Assembly: GCA_001029775.1 (NCBI GenBank)
Contig: CP011215.1
Span: forward strand, 357,722 to 421,721
Direction: 5' to 3'
From: Candidatus Campbellbacteria bacterium GW2011_OD1_34_28
GTDB lineage: Bacteria; Patescibacteriota; Minisyncoccia; Phycocordibacterales; UBA12079
Length of the DNA: 64,000 nucleotides
The notes under the pieces: model-generated
What the model was told of the DNA's origin: nothing
What the model saw: the letters and a program-made list of their open reading frames with translations, nothing else
The model's database searches: none
Position numbers and translations under genes: made by a program
Shown: positions 58,190 through 64,000 of the stretch, piece after piece
How positions within the stretch are numbered: position 1 is the first letter of the stretch
Layout of the letters: the number at the start of each line of letters is the position of its first letter

Positions 58190-58470
58190 AAAGAGGGAGC
58201 CAAAGCTCCCTCGTTTGTGACGTTACGAAAATAATTTTCTACATCCTTTCAGCAACAGGATTGCATTAAGGGATGGTTATTTCCGTGGTTGATCGTAATC
58301 CTGTATTTACGACCAGTCTGATTACTCACTCTCACAACTGTCGTTCCCCCTTGAGGACATGGTTCATTTCGGTCGTGGCTTTCATCTTTTATTTTCCCTC
58401 GCCGGTACTTTTGGGCTTTAATGCACGTCACAGCATCAAGCCCTAATTCCCAACTTTCGTTGTGGGATAC
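58190..58470 (-). ncRNA. Candidate ~275-nt structured sRNA (unclassified) with own promoter and terminator
   Basis: Minus-strand TTGACT-17-TATATT promoter (+ coords 58499-58504 / 58476-58481). GC-enriched body with multiple hairpins and no credible ORF. Terminator gagggagctttggctccctc + U-run at 58186-58215. Confidence 0.4.
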
Positions 58471-58556
58471 GAGTAATATATTAAATTAAGAGTATAAAGT
58501 CAATGACTTGTGGTTTTTTGGGCAATATTGTGGTAAAATGACATCTATATAAAATT

Positions 58557-59018
58557 ATGGCAAAAGAATACTTAACAAAAGAAAGATACGAAGAGCTTAA
58601 GAAGGAACTTGAGAATCTTACGACTGTCAGAAGAAAAGAAATCGCAAACGAGCTTGATCAAGCCGTTTCTTTAGGCGATTTGAAAGAAAATGCCGAATAT
58701 CATCAGGCAAGAGAAGATCAGGCAAATTTGGAACAGAGAATTTTACAAATAGAAATGATTTTGCAAGACGCAGAGGTTGTTAAGGGTAGCAAAAAAGATA
58801 TAGCCGGAGTAGGAAGCGAAGTAAAAATTTGTAAAAAAGGTGAAAAAGATTGTGTAATTTATAAAATTGTCGGAGCCGAAGAGGCAGATATGACAGTTAG
58901 AAAAATTTCATCAAGCTCTCCTTTGGGTATGGCAATGCTAGGAAAAAAAGTAGATGATGTTTTCACTTTTAGTGCTCCTAAAGGCAAAATGGAATACACA
59001 ATTATTGAAATAAAATAA
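58557..59018 (+). CDS. greA: Transcription elongation factor GreA
   Basis: LTKERYEELKKEL...GDLKENAEY. Confidence 0.92.
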   Translation: MAKEYLTKERYEELKKELENLTTVRRKEIANELDQAVSLGDLKENAEYHQAREDQANLEQRILQIEMILQDAEVVKGSKKDIAGVGSEVKICKKGEKDCVIYKIVGAEEADMTVRKISSSSPLGMAMLGKKVDDVFTFSAPKGKMEYTIIEIK

Positions 59019-59053
59019 AGTTTTATTTCCATAATTTCATTCATATAATAGCT

Positions 59054-60664
59054 GTGGAAAACAAAACAGAAACAAAGCATTGGAGTGAATCTTTTGCCGA
59101 CGAGGTGTTGGAAAAATCTCCTAATAAAAATATCTATACTTGTTCGGCTGGAATCAGCCCATCGGGCACTATTCACTTTGGAAATTTTAGAGATGTAATC
59201 ACTTCTCTCGGTGTTTTTGAAGAATTAAAGAAAAGAGGTAAAAAAACGAGAATAATTTTTTCTTGGGACGATTTTGATCGTTTTAGAAAAGTGCCCGTAG
59301 GGATAGACGCTTCTTTTGAGCAATACATCGGATTGCCGTTGTCAGTAGTCCCTTGTCCCGAAGGAAAATATTCTTCTTATGCAGAAAAATACGAAAAAGA
59401 ATTTGAAGCCTCAATGAAAGATTTGGGAATTGATTTGGAATATCGTTATCAGTCACAAGAATATAAATCTGGAAAGTATGACGATTTGATTATAAAGGCC
59501 CTTCAAAACAGAGAGAAAATCGCTGATATTCTTTTGTCTTTTATGACAGAAAAAGGAAAGGAAAACAAAAGTATTGATCCACAAGAATACAAAAAAAACT
59601 TTTATCCTGTTTCCGTTTATTCTTCTTTTACAGGCAAAGACAATACAAAAGTGACGGCCTATGACGGAGATAAAAAAATTACCTATAAGTGTTTTGATAC
59701 AAAAAAGGAAGAAACTATTGATATTACAGAAACAAGAATCGTCAAGTTGGCATGGAAAGTAGATTGGCCAATGAGGTGGTTTTTTGAGGGGGTAGATTTT
59801 GAACCAGGAGGAAAAGACCACTCTTCTCCGGGGGGCAGTTTTGATGTAGCAAGTGTTATTGTGAAAGAAATTTTTGAAAGTGCTGCTCCTGTTTTCAAAG
59901 GTTACGAGTTTGTTGGATTGCAAGGGCTAGGGGGAAAAATGTCTGGATCAAAAGGGAACAGTGCTTCTCCAAAACAGTTGTTGGAAATTTATACTCCAAA
60001 TATTTTAAAATGGCTGTATCTGAGAAAAAGACCAAAACAAAGTTTTTTGTTGGCTTTTGATTCTGAGATCTATAGACAATACAGTGAGTTTGATAAAGAG
60101 GTTGCCGATTTTCTTTCTGGGACTTTAGACATTTCTAGTCGGGTATCTCTTGCTTTAGCGGGACTGACAAAAGAGAATTCTTTTAAAAACCCGATTCCAT
60201 TTAGACAGATAGTCGGTTTTGGGCAAATTGTACAATGGAATAAAGAAAAATTGTTAACTATTTTGAAAGAGCTTGAACTTGATTATGATATTCAATCTAT
60301 TGATGACAGACTGCCAAGAGCGAAAGCGTGGTTGGAAACATACAACAGAGATGAACTTGTAGAGTTGAGAGAAAATATAAATATTGATTTTGTAAAAACA
60401 ATTTCTGAAAAAGATAAAGAAAATATTCAAAAATTGAGAGAGGGATTATCGGTAAATGAAAAGATGTCGGTGAAAGAATTGGAAACTTTTGTTTATGATA
60501 TTCCAAAGGACAAAAATTTGGACGAAAAAGAAAATGCTGTTTTGCAAAGAGATTTTTTCAGAGTGGTTTATAACCTTTTAGTTAGCAAAGACAAGGGCCC
60601 GAGACTCTCAACATTTTTGTGGGCGGTGGATAGGGAAAAGGTTCTTGCTCTGTTGAAAATTTAA
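59054..60664 (+). CDS. lysK: Lysyl-tRNA synthetase, class I
   Basis: HWSESFADEV, SPSGTIHFGNFRDV (HIGH-like), SWDDFDRFRKVP, KMSGSKGN (KMSKS); GTG start. Confidence 0.85.
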   Translation: MENKTETKHWSESFADEVLEKSPNKNIYTCSAGISPSGTIHFGNFRDVITSLGVFEELKKRGKKTRIIFSWDDFDRFRKVPVGIDASFEQYIGLPLSVVPCPEGKYSSYAEKYEKEFEASMKDLGIDLEYRYQSQEYKSGKYDDLIIKALQNREKIADILLSFMTEKGKENKSIDPQEYKKNFYPVSVYSSFTGKDNTKVTAYDGDKKITYKCFDTKKEETIDITETRIVKLAWKVDWPMRWFFEGVDFEPGGKDHSSPGGSFDVASVIVKEIFESAAPVFKGYEFVGLQGLGGKMSGSKGNSASPKQLLEIYTPNILKWLYLRKRPKQSFLLAFDSEIYRQYSEFDKEVADFLSGTLDISSRVSLALAGLTKENSFKNPIPFRQIVGFGQIVQWNKEKLLTILKELELDYDIQSIDDRLPRAKAWLETYNRDELVELRENINIDFVKTISEKDKENIQKLREGLSVNEKMSVKELETFVYDIPKDKNLDEKENAVLQRDFFRVVYNLLVSKDKGPRLSTFLWAVDREKVLALLKI

Positions 60665-60728
60665 TTTGAAAAATGAGGACATAGCCGAAATATTGCAATA
60701 TTTCGGCTATTCTGTTAATATATGCCTC

Positions 60729-61259
60729 ATGTTAAAAATCAGATTACAAAGAGTTGGAAGAAAGCACGATCCTTCATTCAGGATTGTTTTAACTGATTCT
60801 AAAAATGGTCCAAAGAGCGGTAAATTCTTGGAAATTCTTGGAAATTATGACGCTAAAAAAGACACCAAGGTTGTTAATGGAGAAAGAGTAAAAGAATTGA
60901 TTTCTCAAGGAGCACAGATCTCAGATACTGTTCACAATATTTTGATAAGTGAAAAGATAATAGAGGGAAAGAAGAAAAATGTTTTGCCAAGCAAATCTCC
61001 TGTGGTAGATGAAGCAAAGATAAAAGCAGAAGAAGAAGCAAAAAAGGCAAAGGAAGAAGCTGAGGCAAAGGCTAGAGCCGAGGCACAAGAGGCTCAGAAA
61101 AAAGCAGAGGCAGAAGAAAAGGCAAAAGCTGAAGCAGAAGCACAGGCTGAAAAGGAAGCAAAGAAAGAAGAAACTCCAGCAGAAGAAGTCCCGGTTGTAG
61201 AAGAAGCACCAGTTGTTGCGGAAACTACTGAAACTGTTGAAACTGCCGAAACTGAATAA
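60729..61259 (+). CDS. rpsP: 30S ribosomal protein S16 with Ala/Glu/Lys-rich C-terminal extension
   Basis: MLKIRLQRVGRKHDPSFRIV; tail of (AEAK)-type repeats. Confidence 0.88.
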   Translation: MLKIRLQRVGRKHDPSFRIVLTDSKNGPKSGKFLEILGNYDAKKDTKVVNGERVKELISQGAQISDTVHNILISEKIIEGKKKNVLPSKSPVVDEAKIKAEEEAKKAKEEAEAKARAEAQEAQKKAEAEEKAKAEAEAQAEKEAKKEETPAEEVPVVEEAPVVAETTETVETAETE

Positions 61260-61276
61260 TAAAAAATTTAAAAAAA

Positions 61277-61310
61277 CTTGCAGGGACTCGGTCCCTGCAA
61301 GTTTTTTGTT
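61277..61310 (+). terminator. Rho-independent terminator cttgcaggga-ctcgg-tccctgcaag + T6 (degenerate copy at 3199-3230)
   Basis: 10-bp perfect stem, T-run. Confidence 0.7.
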
Positions 61311-61344
61311 TCATACACACACATATAAACACAGAAAAATTTTT

Positions 61345-61572
61345 GAAAATAAAAATACCCCCATCAGTCGCGAGACGACGGGGGCATTATGTTGTTTTCG
61401 GTCTCTGATGTGAGACCGGAGAACCTGATGTTCGTCTTTGGTGATGGTTCTCATCCCACCAAGACTATCCCTGTAATACCCCGTAACTAGCCGAGAGGCG
61501 CTAATGGTGTCACGAAGCCTAGGCTGTTGAACTTCTGTCGAAACACCCGCCTAGTGATGTTTGATATTTAAA
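61345..61572 (-). ncRNA. Candidate ~220-nt structured sRNA (unclassified) with consensus promoter and terminator
   Basis: Minus-strand TTGACA-16-TAATAT (+ coords 61594-61599 / 61572-61577). GC-enriched body. Terminator cccccgucgucucgcgacugauggggg + U-run at 61345-61383. No ORF. Confidence 0.45.
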
Positions 61573-61715
61573 TATTAGCACACCTTAAAAATCTGTCAAT
61601 GGTTTTGGATAATTCAAAAAAGTCTTTATAGACTTTCGTTTTTATAAATCATATACTTATGATATGAAATCCCTTTGGAAAATATTGGGATATTAAAAGC
61701 TAATTTTTTAATGAA

Positions 61716-62216
61716 ATGAATAAAATAACTATAATTATATTGTTGATCATTTTCATTGCCGCAGGATTTTTCTTTTTAAGAGGAGATGAAGACGCATGGA
61801 TTTGTGAAGATGGTATTTGGGTAAAGTATGGGAACCCTTCTACTGAAGTTCCAACAGAACCTTGTGACGATGGTGTGGTAAGTAATTTTGAAGAATGTAT
61901 TGCAGATGCAAACAATGTTGTGATGGAAAGTTTTCCTCGGCAATGTCGCGATTCAAAGACAGGCAATTCTTTTGTGGAAGATATCGGTCTAAATGATAAC
62001 GCGTCTACTACTGGTACGGGAGAAAAATTTTTTTGTCCTGCTGATAGAACAGAAACAGATTTTTGTATAGAGCTTTATGAACCAGTTTGTGCGACTGTAA
62101 ATATTCAGTGTATCAAAGCACCTTGTGACCCTATAAAAGAAACATTTTCAAATTCTTGTACGGCTTGTATCAATCCTTTGGTAGAAAGTTATACGCAAGG
62201 GGAGTGTAAAAATTAG
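61716..62216 (+). CDS. Secreted Cys-rich protein with C-terminal Kazal-like domain
   Basis: Signal/TM; C-terminal C..LYEPVCATV...C..PC.P..ETFSNSCTAC...Y.QGEC. Confidence 0.5.
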   Translation: MNKITIIILLIIFIAAGFFFLRGDEDAWICEDGIWVKYGNPSTEVPTEPCDDGVVSNFEECIADANNVVMESFPRQCRDSKTGNSFVEDIGLNDNASTTGTGEKFFCPADRTETDFCIELYEPVCATVNIQCIKAPCDPIKETFSNSCTACINPLVESYTQGECKN

Positions 62217-62247
62217 TAGGTAGTAAGTAGTGAGTAGTGGATAGAAG

Positions 62248-62283
62248 AAGGCGGGAAATTTGCTTCGCAAATTTCCCGCCTTT
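62248..62283 (+). terminator. Terminator ggcgggaaatttgc-ttcg-caaatttcccgcc + T5 (same hairpin as after secY)
   Basis: Identical hairpin at 8520-8552. Confidence 0.7.
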
Positions 62284-62433
62284 TTGTATTTAAAAATAAA
62301 ATAAAAAACCCCGCACGAATGCGGGGTTAGACAGACGGGGAGAGGTTCTTGTTCTCCAACCAGCTTCGTTGACGAAGGGGTTGAAATTACCCTTTTAGGG
62401 GACTCGTGGTCCCACCCTGCTGTCTTTTCGAGG

Positions 62434-62655
62434 CTACTCGTTGATCGGAGGAAACGCCTCCGCAACAAGCTTGTTCGCCATATCGGTGGCGAATTCCCGG
62501 GCCTCATCGGGGCTGATTCTCAGCTCAGCTGCCGTCGTCCCGATTTGTCGGGCCACCACGTTGGGCATCAAACTGCCGATGCCCTTTGACCGCGCCTGGT
62601 TTAAAACAAGCAGGTACGCGATCTGGTTTCTTCTTTCTTCTGTCATCTTTGCCAT
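62434..62655 (-). CDS. GC-rich (~58%) small hypothetical protein (74 aa), possible DNA-binding regulator
   Basis: GGAGG SD 7 nt before ATG. Inverted repeat TTCACGAAGGATTCGTGGAA upstream at ~62680. Minus-strand terminator ccccgcattcgtgcgggg + U-run at 62293-62316. Confidence 0.5.
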   Translation of the reverse strand: MAKMTEERRNQIAYLLVLNQARSKGIGSLMPNVVARQIGTTAAELRISPDEAREFATDMANKLVAEAFPPINE

Positions 62656-63144
62656 AGGAAACCTCCTTTTCGGCAATTTTTCCACGAATCCTTCGTGAAT
62701 AGGGTAGCAGAGAATCCTCAAACTACAATACAATTATACATCATATATTTGTATTTGTAAATGGTGTGAGTTTCATAAAATTCACAAACTTGGTTTTTGC
62801 TTAATACTTATACCTTAATCCTTAAGCCTTGGTTTCTATACCCTAACCGCTACACCCTATACCCTGAATGAGTTTTCCACAATTGACAAATCTTTTTGTT
62901 GACAAACTGTTATTTTTTAGATAAACTCTTACCCATCATATATCGGATCTAAGATTGAGTTTCGGCAGAACCCCTGATATTTATTAATAGCGCGCACATT
63001 AATAAAACCGTCCGAGGCAGAAGGATGGTCAAATTTATTTTGTTTAAGGGTGATATTAAATAAGAAAAAGTTAGAGAAACCTCTTTGAGGTGACTTTTTT
63101 GTTTTAGTATTGTCAATTTTATTAGCGAAAAAATAGAAAACATC

Positions 63145-64000
63145 ATGAGTACAAAGAAACTAGAGAAAAAATATTTCGGCAAATTCAAAGAGCCGATGAT
63201 TGAATTACCAGACATGGTCAATTCACAATTGGAGTCATACAAGTGGTTTATGGATCAAGGACTTCAAGAAGTGTTAAGTGAATTCACACCAATCAAAGAT
63301 ACTTCTGGAAAAAAGTTTGAAATGGAGTTTAAGGGTTTTGAATTTGAAAAACCAGAGCACGATGAATTTTATGCAAAAGATAACAAACTTTCTTATACCA
63401 CTGCGCTTAGTGTAAAAGTAAAGTTGTCTAACAAAACATTTAATACAAGCAAAGAACAAAATATTTTCTTGGTTGATTTTCCTATGATGACAAATCACGG
63501 AACTTTCATAATCAACGGAGTAGAAAGAGTTGTTGTTCCACAGCTAGCTCGTTCTTTCGGAGTGTTCTTTACTGCACAAGAATTGAAGGGTAGAAAACAA
63601 TTCGGAGCAAAAATAATTCCTCAAAGAGGTGCTTGGATAGAATTTGAATCTGATTTGGATGGAGTTATTTATGTAAGAATCGATAGAAAGAGAAAGTTCT
63701 CAGTTTCTTCTCTTTTGAGAATTTTTGGTGTGAACGATAAAGAAATGGTTTCTATGTTCAAGGATGATATCGTTAAAAAATCTATTGAAGTTTCAATCAA
63801 AAAAGATTCTGCCAAAACAGCAGAAGAATCATATGTCGAAGTTTATAAAAGATTGAGAGATGGAGGAATGGTTGCTCCTGCTCATGCAAAAGAATTTGTA
63901 GATTCTATTTTTGAAGTAGAAAAATACGATATTTCAGAAGTGGGAAGATTTCACTTTAACCAAAGATTTGGAAACCCTACTGACAAAAAAGCTCTTACAA
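63145..64000 (+). CDS. rpoB: DNA-directed RNA polymerase subunit beta, N-terminal part (continues past window)
   Basis: MSTKKLEKKYFGK...PDMVNSQLESYKWF...TNHGTFIINGVERVVV; tandem TTGACA promoter-like elements at ~62880-62925. Confidence 0.95.
   Translation, partial: MSTKKLEKKYFGKFKEPMIELPDMVNSQLESYKWFMDQGLQEVLSEFTPIKDTSGKKFEMEFKGFEFEKPEHDEFYAKDNKLSYTTALSVKVKLSNKTFNTSKEQNIFLVDFPMMTNHGTFIINGVERVVVPQLARSFGVFFTAQELKGRKQFGAKIIPQRGAWIEFESDLDGVIYVRIDRKRKFSVSSLLRIFGVNDKEMVSMFKDDIVKKSIEVSIKKDSAKTAEESYVEVYKRLRDGGMVAPAHAKEFVDSIFEVEKYDISEVGRFHFNQRFGNPTDKKALT

Noticed and set aside
58249-58431. 60-aa minus-strand ORF (MTCIKAQKYRRGKIKDESHDRNEPCPQGGTTVVR...)
   Set aside because: No SD. It lies entirely within the promoter/terminator-delimited GC-enriched transcript. 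An ncRNA interpretation is preferred.
1-64000. Alternative genetic code (UGA or UAG reassignment)
   Set aside because: Genes terminate cleanly at TAA, TAG or TGA with no in-frame stops. Conserved proteins align end-to-end in the standard code.

Overview
This is an AT-rich (roughly 35% GC) bacterial chromosome segment, nearly all coding on the + strand under the standard genetic code. It opens with the S10/spc ribosomal-protein cluster (S3 C-terminus, L16, L29, S17, L14, L24, L5, then S14, S8, L6, L18, S5, L15, SecY). L30 is missing between S5 and L15, and the operon is interrupted by a ~1.7 kb non-ribosomal insert between rplE and rpsN. The rest is housekeeping genes: gatB, gap, rpiB, rpe, a split transketolase, fba, L25, L31, prfA, rpsB-tsf, trmD, ddl, clpB, mnmA, frr, rseP, proS, mreBCD-mrdA, greA, a class-I LysRS, S16 and the rpoB 5' end. 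Gene content and order (no L30, class-I LysRS, split tkt, many long-leader type IV pilin-like genes, one 2243-aa fibre-like surface protein) fit a Candidate Phyla Radiation/Patescibacteria-type genome. This is an inference from the sequence only.

The accessory content is the striking part.
- Almost every intergenic space carries members of several nested palindromic repeat families. The commonest is ~30 nt, CGTC(A/T)TTGCGAGCG(W)AGCGAAGCAATCCA; others are CCTGCCTGCCGGCAGGCAGG, TAG-rich heptamer arrays flanking GC hairpins, and a 46-bp palindrome with a GCGACCGC core.
- There is an IS200/RAYT-like HUH transposase gene with three copies of one perfect hairpin.
- Two small GIY-YIG nuclease genes are each followed directly by a repeat cluster. 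One sits inside a disrupted tRNA-Thr locus with a (GTTGGTA)n microsatellite.
- Three tandem cassettes each pair a small membrane protein with a long-leader pilin.
- One protein fuses an ATP-cone to an Mrr-like nuclease domain.
- Three GC-rich islands (about 3.5-4.1 kb, 58.2-58.5 kb, 61.35-61.57 kb) lack a convincing ORF, are read from the minus strand and end in minus-strand terminator hairpins; the latter two also have strong promoters. I could not assign any of them to a known RNA class. The first is flanked by 11-bp direct repeats.
- No CRISPR array and no rRNA are present.
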